From Nanobdellota archaeon (GTDB lineage: Archaea; Nanobdellota; Nanobdellia; Pacearchaeales; GW2011-AR1), in the NCBI GenBank assembly GCA_018817905.1, contig JAHISS010000087.1, forward strand, positions 985 to 64,984: a stretch of DNA of 64,000 nucleotides, read 5' to 3'. This document shows positions 44,367 to 54,338 of this stretch, one piece after another. Position 1 is the stretch's first letter. The number at the start of each line of letters is the position of its first letter. The notes under the pieces are model-generated. The model worked only from the letters and a program-made list of their open reading frames with translations, was not told the origin of the DNA and searched no databases. Made by a program: the position numbers and the translations under genes.

Positions 44367-44392
44367 ATTGGATATGATAATCTTTGGTGGGG
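44367..44392. repeat. Copy 4 of the dispersed upstream motif (~110 bp upstream of the pilin-like gene 44504)
   Basis: ATTGGATATGATAATCTTTGGTGGGG. Confidence 0.45.
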
Positions 44393-44503
44393 CAGTAGCA
44401 TTTGCCCAACTGCAACAAGCGGAAGGAATCTCTTTTCAATTAAATTTAGGGGGCGACAATTCCTCTTTCGGTTTCAAAACCGAGTATCATTGGTGTTGAT
44501 GCG

Positions 44504-45040
44504 ATGGATAAAAAAAATGCCCAAGTTTGGATAGAGACTGTGATGTACACTTTGATTGGACTTGCTTTGATAGGCATTGTCCTGGCAATTGCAACTCCGA
44601 GAATAAACGAAGCAAAGGACAGGATTGCAGTTGAGCAGACAATTGAATCGTTAAATGTTTGGGATGAAAAAATCAGCGAGGTTTTGGACAGAGGTCCTGG
44701 AAACAACAGAAACATTCCTTCTTTTGTTATGAAACGGGGTGAGCTTTTTATCAACGGCGATACAGACACAATTGTTTTTATTTTAGACGAACTTGGAAAG
44801 CCATATTCAGAACCAGATATTGAAATAGAGTTCGGAGAAGTTGTTCTTGTTTCCAGACAAGAGGGAAAATCAAATTCTGTTGAAATGACTTTGAATTATC
44901 TTAACGTTACAAACTTAACTTATGACGGGGAAGACAATGTTAAAAAGTTCACTGCTGCTGCAACACCTTATGCGTTTTCTATAAAAAATCTTGGCGGAGT
45001 TAACATCAGCAATGTTGATATCGAAGAGAGCTCCAGATAG
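44504..45040 (+). CDS. pilin/FlaF-FlaG-like protein with N-terminal hydrophobic helix
   Basis: VWIETVMYTLIGLALIGIVLAIA. Confidence 0.4.
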   Translation: MDKKNAQVWIETVMYTLIGLALIGIVLAIATPRINEAKDRIAVEQTIESLNVWDEKISEVLDRGPGNNRNIPSFVMKRGELFINGDTDTIVFILDELGKPYSEPDIEIEFGEVVLVSRQEGKSNSVEMTLNYLNVTNLTYDGEDNVKKFTAAATPYAFSIKNLGGVNISNVDIEESSR

Positions 45041-45070
45041 TTTTAAATAAATGTTTTCTTTAAAATCGAT

Positions 45071-46597
45071 ATGGCTGGCAAGATAAATCTAAATCCAGTA
45101 GTGCCGCCGCTTCCGCGGAATGAAGATAAAAAAAAGGTAGATGTGAGGTATATGCTGATTTCACCTTATGCTTCTGCGCACATTTACTGGAACAAGAAAG
45201 TAAATGAGTTGGTTTACGAACTTGAAGAGCCGATTCTGACAAAAGAAGAAGAGGAAGTGCTTGAAAGAGTTGAAAGCGCAATGCTTGAGTTGATTAATGT
45301 TAACGTTGCTATTGAAAAAACCCTTGAGGCAACAACGAATTATATAGATAAAACGGCGAGGTTACTGATTGATGAATTGAATATTGGGGTATCTTCTGAG
45401 AGTTATGATAAAATATTTTATTATCTGTTTAGGGATTTTATCGGACTGAATGAGATTGATCCATTGTTAAGGGATTATTTTATTGAAGATATAGAGTGCA
45501 ATGGAATTGATACGCCGTTATTTATCGTTCATAGGATGTATCGGAATCTTAGGACTAACCTTATTTTCAATGACTTTGACAAGCTTGCGAGTTTTATAGA
45601 AAAACTTGCGCAGCGCACAGGCAGGTATGTTTCTTACGCGCAGCCGCTGCTTGATGGAACACTGCCAGATGGTTCGAGAGTTAATGCTACATACACAAAA
45701 GATGTTTCTTCACGGGGACCTACTTTCACAATTAGAAAATTCACTAAAGTTCCATGGACTCCGACACAATTGATTTCGATGAACACGCTTTCCCCTGAAA
45801 TGCTGGCTTATTTCTGGATTTTGCTTGACAACAAAGCAAACATCTTGGTTACAGGAAGCACTTCTTCTGGAAAAACAACTTTGTTGAATGCGCTGGCTTT
45901 TTTTATCCCGCCTGAGGCGAGAGTTGTCAGTATTGAAGACACTCGAGAAATAAATTTACCGAGGGAAAACTGGCTGCCTTCGGTTGCAAGAACTTCTGTC
46001 GGCGTTGGAAAAATTGGCGAGGTTGATTTGTTTGAAATTTTGAAAAGCTCGTTCAGACAAAATCCAGATTATTTGATTGTGGGGGAAGTCAGAGGAAAAG
46101 AAGCGTTTGTTTTGTTTCAGGGAATGGCGAGCGGCCACACGTCCATCAGCACAATGCATTCTGACTCTGTGGACACTTTAATAAGGCGATTGCAGACTCC
46201 TCCAATAGATTTATCTCCAACCTTGGTAAATTCTTTAGATTGTGTTGTTGTTACAACGCACGCGGTAGCTAAAAAACAAGAAACCAGAAAAGTTAGAGAA
46301 ATCGTTGAGATTGTTAATGTTAACAAAGACGGAACAGCTTTGGTGAATACGCCGTTTAAGTGGGATCCTGCGAAAGATGTTTTTTACTCAAAAAAACAGA
46401 GCAAGGTTTTTGAAAAAATATCTACGCGAACTGGCACTCCTATTGAAAAATTGTATAAAGATTTAGCTACGAGGGCGAAATTGCTTTACGAGTTATACAA
46501 ACGAAAGATATTTGGATTTGATGAGGTTGGTTGGATTATTAATGAATTCCACAAAAACCCGGTTGGCGTTTTGAATAAATTTAATATTGCGGAGTGA
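45071..46597 (+). CDS. type II/IV secretion-system ATPase (FlaI/TadA/GspE family)
   Basis: Walker A VTGSTSSGKTTLLNAL; a His-box-like region and RecA-like core. Confidence 0.85.
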   Translation: MAGKINLNPVVPPLPRNEDKKKVDVRYMLISPYASAHIYWNKKVNELVYELEEPILTKEEEEVLERVESAMLELINVNVAIEKTLEATTNYIDKTARLLIDELNIGVSSESYDKIFYYLFRDFIGLNEIDPLLRDYFIEDIECNGIDTPLFIVHRMYRNLRTNLIFNDFDKLASFIEKLAQRTGRYVSYAQPLLDGTLPDGSRVNATYTKDVSSRGPTFTIRKFTKVPWTPTQLISMNTLSPEMLAYFWILLDNKANILVTGSTSSGKTTLLNALAFFIPPEARVVSIEDTREINLPRENWLPSVARTSVGVGKIGEVDLFEILKSSFRQNPDYLIVGEVRGKEAFVLFQGMASGHTSISTMHSDSVDTLIRRLQTPPIDLSPTLVNSLDCVVVTTHAVAKKQETRKVREIVEIVNVNKDGTALVNTPFKWDPAKDVFYSKKQSKVFEKISTRTGTPIEKLYKDLATRAKLLYELYKRKIFGFDEVGWIINEFHKNPVGVLNKFNIAE

Positions 46598-46628
46598 TTG
46601 AAAACTATTTAAATCTTCTACTTCTTTT

Positions 46629-46799
46629 ATGTTGATGAAAAAAGAGAACATCGTAGTTGTAGCTCAGCTTTTGACAGCTATTAAGGACAACATTGAAAAA
46701 ATAGAAGAAGCTGAACGGGAAAAAGATGCTGAGAAACTTTCTTCTGGAAGGCAGGAGATTTTGAGTTTTCAAAAGAAAATCGGGGAGCTTTTGAAATGA
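46629..46799 (+). CDS. small coiled-coil protein (56 aa) between the ATPase and membrane-platform genes
   Basis: MLMKKENIVVVAQLLTAIKDNIEKIEEAEREKDAEKL...; ATGA-coupled to the next gene. Confidence 0.25.
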   Translation: MLMKKENIVVVAQLLTAIKDNIEKIEEAEREKDAEKLSSGRQEILSFQKKIGELLK

Positions 46800-48106
46800 T
46801 TGGCGAACTGAAAAAAAACATTGAAACAGAAATCGGAATGCTTCGGGAGATTTCTAATTATCAGCGCAAACTGGAATCTGCGACAGAAGAAGAGAAAGTT
46901 CTTTTGGAAGGGACGGTTAAGTCGCTGGTGGCTGGAATGAAAATAATTAATGATTCAGTTCCGAAAATGCTGCAGGATGTTTCTATCTCAAAAAAATTGC
47001 CTTCTCTTGGTCGGGGGAAAAAAGAAAAACAGAGATTTGAAAAAATTAATTTTAAGCGGGCGGGGTCAGATGTTGAGGTTGTTCTTAAGTCGGGGGACAA
47101 AGAAAGGTTTTTGAAGGAACTTGACATAAGCGAGCAGTTTGTGAAGAAACTTCGGAAAAAACAATTTGAAAAACAGGAGACATATGGAGAGTTTAAAGCG
47201 TCGCGTGGATACCTGAAACTTGCGAACAGTTTTTTTCTAAAAAGTGCTGGGAAGTCAATAAGAAAGGGTTATTTCAAAAGTCTTTCAGGGAGTTTGAGGA
47301 AGGCAAACATTGATATTTTGTTTGAATCCTATGTTGCACTAATCTATCTTTCTGTTTTGTTGTCTTTTATTGCGTCAATTTTCATCACAGTTGTTTTATT
47401 ATTTTTCAGCACTATGCCCATCTGGCCTTTTTTTGAAGTTAATGATGGCGGTTATCTTTTAAGAATTGGGAAAATCTTTTGGATACCAGTCGCTGTTCCG
47501 CTGCTAACTTTTTTAGGGCTTTACATTTACCCGCTGACTGAAAAAAAGTCTATTGGAAACAAAATAAATCAAGAACTGCCTTTTGCAGTGATTCATATGA
47601 GCGCGATATCTGGCTCTGGAATTGAACCTTCGGAAATATTCAGGATAATTGGACTGAATAAAGAATACCCTTATCTGAGAAGAGAGATTAGGAAAGTTCT
47701 GAACCAGATTAATCTTTATGGTTATGATTTGACTACTGCGCTTAGCAATGCGGCTAAAAGTTCTCCGAGCGAAAAATTGTCAGAGTTGTTTTCTGGTTTG
47801 TCGACTACGATAACTTCTGGCGCTGACCTTTCCGAGTTTTTCGAAAAAAGGGCGGAAACATTGCTTCTGGGTTATAGGATAGAACGGGAGAAATATACTC
47901 AGCTTGTTGAAACTTTTCTTGATATTTATATTAGCGTTGTCATCGCAGCCCCAATGATATTTTTGCTGCTGCTTGTGATGATGGCTGTTTCTGGGATGGG
48001 CGTTGCCTTGAGCTCGTTTCAGATAAGCGTCTTAGCTGTCCTCATCATAGCTGTCTTAAACATTGTTTTCCTGTTGTTTTTACAAATGAAACAACCGAGT
48101 TACTAA
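46796..48106 (+). CDS. FlaJ/TadC-like polytopic membrane platform protein (T2SS-F domain)
   Basis: Cytoplasmic N-domain followed by multiple TM segments; pilus-locus context. Confidence 0.55.
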   Translation: MIGELKKNIETEIGMLREISNYQRKLESATEEEKVLLEGTVKSLVAGMKIINDSVPKMLQDVSISKKLPSLGRGKKEKQRFEKINFKRAGSDVEVVLKSGDKERFLKELDISEQFVKKLRKKQFEKQETYGEFKASRGYLKLANSFFLKSAGKSIRKGYFKSLSGSLRKANIDILFESYVALIYLSVLLSFIASIFITVVLLFFSTMPIWPFFEVNDGGYLLRIGKIFWIPVAVPLLTFLGLYIYPLTEKKSIGNKINQELPFAVIHMSAISGSGIEPSEIFRIIGLNKEYPYLRREIRKVLNQINLYGYDLTTALSNAAKSSPSEKLSELFSGLSTTITSGADLSEFFEKRAETLLLGYRIEREKYTQLVETFLDIYISVVIAAPMIFLLLLVMMAVSGMGVALSSFQISVLAVLIIAVLNIVFLLFLQMKQPSY

Positions 48107-48107
48107 A

Positions 48108-48479
48108 ATGAAAAATAAATTACAAAAGAAAATTTGTCAGGAATGGAAAAATATTATTTTTAATGCCCTATTTGCAGTTTTAACAATGCTGTTCGCTGTG
48201 CTATTTTACGAAAATATATTTTTAACAACGGCGGTGATTGGGGTTGTTAGTCTTGTTGGTTTAATTAAATGGAAATCTAAATTGACTTTGGTTATTTTTA
48301 TTTTTTCAGCGTTGTTAGGGACAATCGGCGAGATGATTGCTACAAATTATGGTGTTTGGGAATATTCGTTTGCTAATTTTGTTAATATCCCATTATGGCT
48401 ATTTTTAGTTTGGGGGAACGCTGGGGCTTTTATTTATCAAACTGCTTTAGAATTTAAAAGATTGGGAGTCAAAAAATAA
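48108..48479 (+). CDS. small membrane protein (123 aa)
   Basis: 3-4 hydrophobic segments. Confidence 0.35.
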   Translation: MKNKLQKKICQEWKNIIFNALFAVLTMLFAVLFYENIFLTTAVIGVVSLVGLIKWKSKLTLVIFIFSALLGTIGEMIATNYGVWEYSFANFVNIPLWLFLVWGNAGAFIYQTALEFKRLGVKK

Positions 48480-48480
48480 A

Positions 48481-49341
48481 ATGGCGCTGAAAAAAATGCA
48501 CTGGTTTGGGATAATTGCAGGCGTAGTTATCGCGCTTTTTGATTTTGTATTCTTCTACAAAAATGAAAAGATGTTGTTTTTCCTTTTGGGAATCGGCATT
48601 GGAATTATAGCTTTGCCGTTTATTATCGGACTTAGCCTTGAGAACAAGAAAGAACACAAAGTTGATGATATGTTTTTAGAATTCACGAGGAATCTTGCAG
48701 AAAGCGTGGCAACTGGAACTCCGATAAGCAAAGGAGTAATCAACATGAGAAAAAAGAATTATGGGGTTTTGAATCCTCATGTCAATAAACTTGCAAACCA
48801 GATAGAGCTTGGAATTCCTGTTGACGAGGCGCTGCAAACTTTTGCGAAAGAGCTGGACAGCACTGTTGTTAAGCGGGCGATTGCCCTGATACGCGAAGCT
48901 GAAAAAGCTGGGGGAGATATTGACTATATTTTGGATTCAACAGCAAAGTCAATTTGTGAAGTTGAAAAGCTGAAGAAAGAAAGAAGGGCTGTGATTTATG
49001 GGCTGGTTGTTCAAGGTTATGTTATCTTTTTTATTTTTATCGGGATAATACTTATCATGGAATTCAAAATCATTCCGCTTACTGCTGGAGTCAGCACCTT
49101 CGGAGGTTTGGGCGGGGCAGGAGATTTGGGCTCTGGAGCAGCTGGAGTGGGAGAGATATCTCCTGAACAGTTTACTAAACCTTTTTTGTATCTTTTGCTG
49201 GCGCAGGGATTGTTTGTCGGGCTTGTAATCGGGAAGCTGACAGAAGGTTCGATAAAGAAAGGGCTGAAACATTCTTTTATCTTGATGATAACTGCTTTTC
49301 TTATTTCAACTGGGGCGCGGCTGTTTTTGAGTGGTGGGTGA
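48481..49341 (+). CDS. second TadB/TadC-like membrane protein
   Basis: TM pairs flank a soluble domain; locus context. Confidence 0.45.
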   Translation: MALKKMHWFGIIAGVVIALFDFVFFYKNEKMLFFLLGIGIGIIALPFIIGLSLENKKEHKVDDMFLEFTRNLAESVATGTPISKGVINMRKKNYGVLNPHVNKLANQIELGIPVDEALQTFAKELDSTVVKRAIALIREAEKAGGDIDYILDSTAKSICEVEKLKKERRAVIYGLVVQGYVIFFIFIGIILIMEFKIIPLTAGVSTFGGLGGAGDLGSGAAGVGEISPEQFTKPFLYLLLAQGLFVGLVIGKLTEGSIKKGLKHSFILMITAFLISTGARLFLSGG

Positions 49342-49488
49342 ATTGAAAAATCTGAAAAGAGTTAGTTGATGAAGGGAGGCATTTCTTTAGTCCGATTAGA
49401 ATGGAAAAACATTATGACTACTATAACTTGAAAGTGATAACAAAAAGAAAAGTTTATAAAGCAAGATACTGGAACTTTTATAGAGAAA

Positions 49489-52128
49489 ATGAAAGGAAAA
49501 GTACTCATCTGTGCCCTTTTGGCATCATTAGTTTTACTTAATTTAGCAAGTGCGGAAGCAAATGAGATTCCTGTCTCTACATGTCAAGTCTTGGATATGG
49601 GGAATGCTGTTTATGTGTTGCAGAAGGATATTGTAACTTCAGAAACTTGTTTTATTATTGGAGCAGACTTTGTAACTCTTGATTTAAGGGGATACACTGT
49701 AACTGGAGCAAACACTAATGTTGGAGTCGATAATAATGGATATAACTCTATGGTTCTCAAAAACGGAAGGATAACAAACTTCAATAAAGGGATTTATATC
49801 AGAGATGGTTCAAATAATCAAATAATCAACAATAACTTTGACTTCAGCGATGATGGAGGTATTTTCTTAAGAAATTCTAATAACAATTTAATGAGTGATA
49901 ATATCCTGAACTCGAATGAATTTGGCATCTTTATTGAAGGTGGTTCAAATAATATTATCAGAGATAGCCAAATCTTTAATAGCGGGTATCAAGGAATTCG
50001 TTTTAATTATGGTAGCACAAATAACGAGATAACTGATACGATTATCCAAAATAGTGTGCGCCATGATTTCTTTATCGCGACTAATTCAGTAACACAATGT
50101 AATCATCAGTTTACAAATGTTATTGGGACAGGAAATAAGCCAATTTTGTTCTTCAAAGATTCTGTAGAAATAAGTGACCTGGATGTAAGCGAAATGATAT
50201 TATGTAACGCAGATAATTCTGTAATAAGTGGTGTGACTCTAAACAATGAAAATCAGCAAAATAATGGTCTGCTCTTGTTATGGACAGATAATACAATATT
50301 ATCTCACATGTTAGTAAACAACTCAAGGGAAGGGATTTACATGGAAGACGGGAATTATAATACCATAATCAATTCTGAATTAACTCATAATCGGCAAGGG
50401 CTTGAGATTTATCGGGGGGATGGAAATTCCATAAGTGATAATCATATTAGCGATAATTCCAACGACGGTCTCACATTAGATAATGCAATCAATAGCATCG
50501 TAGAAAATAATTATTTAGAAAACAACGGCAGAGCTGGGGTGGATATTTCTGGAGGAGCATTGAATAATATCATTAGAGGTAACTTCATTAAAAACAACGA
50601 GGAGGTTGGAATCGATGTAGGGGATAGTAACAATCTATTTTTTAATAATTTTATTAGTAATCAGCTTAATGTTGAGATTGATGTTATAGATGATGATGAG
50701 GAAGAGATAATTAATGCTTGGAATACTGATTTACAGAATGGATTAAATATTGTTGGTGGAAATTTTTTAGGCGGAAACTACTGGGCAAATCCATTTGGAA
50801 CAGGTTTCTCAGAAACCTGTGGGGATTCTGATGAAGATGGAATATGTGATGAGCCTTATGTTTTAGAAGAGAGTAATATAGATTATTTGCCTTTAACTTC
50901 TATAGCCCCCAAAGAACCATCACTTTCAATAACAAAAACTCAAGAATTAACCTTAACACAAAATGGAATATTATCAATCATCAATACTGGAGATATGCTC
51001 CTAACCAATGTAACTCTTTCCGCAATAGGAGATTTTGAAATTGATTTTTCCCATAACAACTTCAATTTACCTGTACAGCCAGGAGCCATAGCACTAACAC
51101 AAGTTTCATTAATTAATTTAGATGATTTAGAATTTGGTCAAAACATAGTAACAATTACTGCCCAATCAGATGAAGGAGCACAAGACATAACAACATTCAC
51201 ACTAAAAGAAACATTCTGCAAAAATGGCGAAATAGGAGCTCTTAGAATAAATGACGTCAGCATAGAAAATGCAGACGGAGAAGACGACAAATGGATTCTT
51301 TGGGATTATGTTGAGATTGACATTGAAATAAAAAACGAGGGAGATGAAAAAATAAAGGATGTTATTGTTGAGCTTGGCTTATTTGATTCTTCTGGCCGGA
51401 ATGTTGCAGATGACTTAGAATTCTTCGGTGGAGATGAAGAGGTTGAGATTGGTAGTTTGAATGATGGAGAAAGAGAGACCGCCAGTTTTAAGTTTAAAGT
51501 TCCTGCTGATTTTGAGGACGGAGACTATAAATTGACTGTTAAGGCATATAGTGATGAGTTAGGGGAAGAGAACGAATGTGTTGATAGCGCAAGAGATTTA
51601 GATACTGACTTTTTCCAAGAAATCGAAATTGAACGAGAAGACGATGAAAGCAGATTTATTATTTTTGATAATGTTGTGATTGAACCATCTGAAACTTCAT
51701 GCGGAGACAGCGTGACATTGACAGCAGATATTTACAACATTGGTGAAGATGACCAGGATAGAGTTAGAGTTAATTTGGTTAACAATGAATTGGGGCTTGA
51801 CGAGTTTGTGGAGATAATGGGTGATTTTGATGTCGGAGATGAGGAAAGTGTTAGTTTTGATTTTGTGATTCCTAATGTTGCTAAGAATAAAATTTATCAG
51901 TTACGTTTATCTACAGATTATGATTTTAAGCGTAACGCTTACAGTGAATCTTCTGATGAAGAATTAATAGAATTAAGCATAACTGCTTGCGGTGTTACGC
52001 CAATTGTTGCAGTGGATGACAACGGACAAAGCGGAGATATTATTTACTTAGGTGGAAGAGCTGACGAAGAATCTGAAAAAGGTTTCTTTAGTAATCTTTG
52101 GGAAGAGATTTCTTCTTGGTTTGGTTGA
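49489..52128 (+). CDS. large secreted protein with right-handed parallel beta-helix (PbH1) repeats and an acidic C-terminal region
   Basis: Signal peptide; repeated NNxI/NSGxxGIxF-type beta-helix motifs; Asp/Glu-rich C-terminal half. Confidence 0.6.
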   Translation: MKGKVLICALLASLVLLNLASAEANEIPVSTCQVLDMGNAVYVLQKDIVTSETCFIIGADFVTLDLRGYTVTGANTNVGVDNNGYNSMVLKNGRITNFNKGIYIRDGSNNQIINNNFDFSDDGGIFLRNSNNNLMSDNILNSNEFGIFIEGGSNNIIRDSQIFNSGYQGIRFNYGSTNNEITDTIIQNSVRHDFFIATNSVTQCNHQFTNVIGTGNKPILFFKDSVEISDLDVSEMILCNADNSVISGVTLNNENQQNNGLLLLWTDNTILSHMLVNNSREGIYMEDGNYNTIINSELTHNRQGLEIYRGDGNSISDNHISDNSNDGLTLDNAINSIVENNYLENNGRAGVDISGGALNNIIRGNFIKNNEEVGIDVGDSNNLFFNNFISNQLNVEIDVIDDDEEEIINAWNTDLQNGLNIVGGNFLGGNYWANPFGTGFSETCGDSDEDGICDEPYVLEESNIDYLPLTSIAPKEPSLSITKTQELTLTQNGILSIINTGDMLLTNVTLSAIGDFEIDFSHNNFNLPVQPGAIALTQVSLINLDDLEFGQNIVTITAQSDEGAQDITTFTLKETFCKNGEIGALRINDVSIENADGEDDKWILWDYVEIDIEIKNEGDEKIKDVIVELGLFDSSGRNVADDLEFFGGDEEVEIGSLNDGERETASFKFKVPADFEDGDYKLTVKAYSDELGEENECVDSARDLDTDFFQEIEIEREDDESRFIIFDNVVIEPSETSCGDSVTLTADIYNIGEDDQDRVRVNLVNNELGLDEFVEIMGDFDVGDEESVSFDFVIPNVAKNKIYQLRLSTDYDFKRNAYSESSDEELIELSITACGVTPIVAVDDNGQSGDIIYLGGRADEESEKGFFSNLWEEISSWFG

Positions 52129-52150
52129 GTTTTACCATTAATCATTCTGT

Positions 52151-52906
52151 TTAGCTTCCCTTCTCCACAAAATAAAAAACCTCGTTTTCGCTTTTGAATG
52201 TTTTGAAAGGGAAGTTTAATTTTTTCAAAAGAACTTCAAACCAAATCCTCTTCGGAAAATTCATCGGCTTGCCGGATAACTTTCTTGTTGAAAAGCTGAC
52301 TATCAATCTGGTGCAGGGAACTGTTGTGAGAATTTTTCTGGCGTGTTTTTTTTCTATTACGTCGAGAACTTTGAAAAGAAGGCACAGGTCTGCACGGGGA
52401 AGATTTTTTTTAAGATTCCTTAAATCGCAAATGAAAGTTTCCCCTTTTATTTTGTTTTTTTTGAAGAATTTTTTAACAAGGGAGAGTTCGTCTTGCTTTA
52501 TGTCTGAGGCGTGATATTTTATTTTTGGATTTGCTAAGGCAAGGGGGTTTAATCCGCAGCCCAGGTCTAAGATTGAAGCGGGTTTGAGAGAGGCTACGAT
52601 TTTTTTAAGTTCAGGATAAAACTCTAATCTTTCTGCTGTTGAAGAATGTGTCTTGAGAATCTTTTGGAAATCCCCTTCTTTGAAAAGTTTTTCTCTGTTT
52701 TTCAAACTTTTTTGAAATCTTCCGGTGAGGATTCTCAATTCAGCTCTTAAATCTTTGACGATTATTTTTTTTTGTTTTTGTGAAAGGTTGGCTAATTCTA
52801 TTCTGTATTTGTTAAGATAATTATTTAGAGCGGTTTTCACAACTGAATCGACCAAGCCGGACAGTTCTTTTTTTTGTTTTATTGTTTTGATTAGTTCATT
52901 TTTCAT
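52151..52906 (-). CDS. SAM-dependent methyltransferase (possibly FmrO-like rRNA MTase; low confidence on specificity)
   Basis: ILDLGCGLNP motif I, with an N-terminal helical domain. Confidence 0.5.
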   Translation of the reverse strand: MKNELIKTIKQKKELSGLVDSVVKTALNNYLNKYRIELANLSQKQKKIIVKDLRAELRILTGRFQKSLKNREKLFKEGDFQKILKTHSSTAERLEFYPELKKIVASLKPASILDLGCGLNPLALANPKIKYHASDIKQDELSLVKKFFKKNKIKGETFICDLRNLKKNLPRADLCLLFKVLDVIEKKHARKILTTVPCTRLIVSFSTRKLSGKPMNFPKRIWFEVLLKKLNFPFKTFKSENEVFYFVEKGS

Positions 52907-52946
52907 TTTATTTGGTGTGGGAAAATGTATATAAATGTAGGCGGCA

Positions 52947-53684
52947 TTGATTGTTATGAGAAGCTGCGGATTGTTTGGAAAAAAAGGCGTAAGCCATGTT
53001 GAAATTATTCTGGCATTTGTGATTTTTATCGCTGCTGTGGGATTTGCGCTGTATTTTTTTAATCCTGGAGATAGTGATAGGTTGGTGGGAACTTCTTTGA
53101 CTTATGCGTTTCGTGAAATAAAACAGAACGCAAGTGTGGGCGTTGAGACATTTTCAGTTGTGATTGACGATGTTGCGGTTGTTACTGGGGGAAGTGATAC
53201 GATTGCGATGAATTTCCCAGGTGTTGAAGGAAAAACAAGAGTTGAAACTTATGACGGAGAGGTTTTGAACTCTTCACATGTAGCGGACATTGTTAATGTT
53301 AACACTGATAATTGGAACGGGATAGATTTTCTTTTTGTAAAGTTTGGTGAAGAATTTGTTGAAACTGCTGGTTTGTCTGGAACTGAGAATGCGACTTATT
53401 ATGAAATTGGTTCTTCAAATTTAAAAGAAGTGATTTCTGAAAAAAGGATTTTAAATCTCAAGGATGCTTATGATGCAGATTATTATTCCTTGCGAGGGGA
53501 GGATAATTTCAATCTTCCTGACAGGGTGAATTTTGGTTTTTCTCTGGTTTTTGATGATGGTTCTATCGAGGCAGAAAGAGAAATTCCGGCAAGTCTTGAA
53601 GTTTTTTCAGACACAGAAAGAGTTGAGGTTCTTAGAGATGGAGGAGAGATTGTGTTTGCTGATTTGATGGTTAAACTGTGGTAA
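52947..53684 (+). CDS. pilin-like protein (class III signal peptide-like N-terminus)
   Basis: KKGVSHVEIILAFVIFIAAVGF. Confidence 0.4.
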   Translation: MIVMRSCGLFGKKGVSHVEIILAFVIFIAAVGFALYFFNPGDSDRLVGTSLTYAFREIKQNASVGVETFSVVIDDVAVVTGGSDTIAMNFPGVEGKTRVETYDGEVLNSSHVADIVNVNTDNWNGIDFLFVKFGEEFVETAGLSGTENATYYEIGSSNLKEVISEKRILNLKDAYDADYYSLRGEDNFNLPDRVNFGFSLVFDDGSIEAEREIPASLEVFSDTERVEVLRDGGEIVFADLMVKLW

Positions 53685-53688
53685 TGAA

Positions 53689-54114
53689 ATGATGAACAAA
53701 AAAGGTTTTATGCGCGTGGTTGAAGCGACAATTGCTATTTTGATTATCTTCGGAGTTTTGTTAGTGATTGTTCCAAAAAAAACAAGTAGTGAAGAGAAAG
53801 ATTTTAGTGAGATTTTACCAGGACTTTTGGACGAGTTGGCGCAAAATCTGACATTGCGCGAAGAGCTAATCTCTGGAGCTAAAGAAGATGGTTTTCTTGA
53901 GGGAGAGATAGAAACTTTGCTTGGGCAGAGGATTAAAAATCCTTCTTTAAGTTATTCTGTTGAGATTTGTGAGCTGGATGAAATTTGTTATCTTGAGCCG
54001 TATCCTGCTGATGTTGAAGAAGACATTTATGCGGCAGAGAGAGTTGTAAGTGCGAGTATAAAGAACTTGGATTTCTCTCCGAAGAAAATAAAAATATTCT
54101 TATGGCAGAATTGA
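53689..54114 (+). CDS. pilin-like protein (class III signal peptide-like N-terminus)
   Basis: NKKGFMRVVEATIAILIIFGVLLVIV. Confidence 0.45.
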   Translation: MMNKKGFMRVVEATIAILIIFGVLLVIVPKKTSSEEKDFSEILPGLLDELAQNLTLREELISGAKEDGFLEGEIETLLGQRIKNPSLSYSVEICELDEICYLEPYPADVEEDIYAAERVVSASIKNLDFSPKKIKIFLWQN

Positions 54115-54338
54115 TTTGATAGCATGCGCTATTGAAATATTGCCAGCAATAAACAACCCAGTAGATATCTCTCTGCGTGTCATTGAATTGTTTTGTAATA
54201 TTATTTGAAGAAATTTGGTGGCGCGGGTTGGGGAAATGAATCGTGCTATCTTGTGCTGTAACAAACGAGTTAATGGTTGTAACCTACAACGAGATTGATT
54301 TTGACAATCTTTATAAAGTTGCGTTCTTTAGAAAAATC

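Noticed and set aside
44248-44499. ORF 44248-44499 (83 aa) as a gene
   Set aside because: Low-complexity product; the region contains copy 4 of the upstream motif and is better explained as the promoter/leader of the pilin-like gene at 44504.
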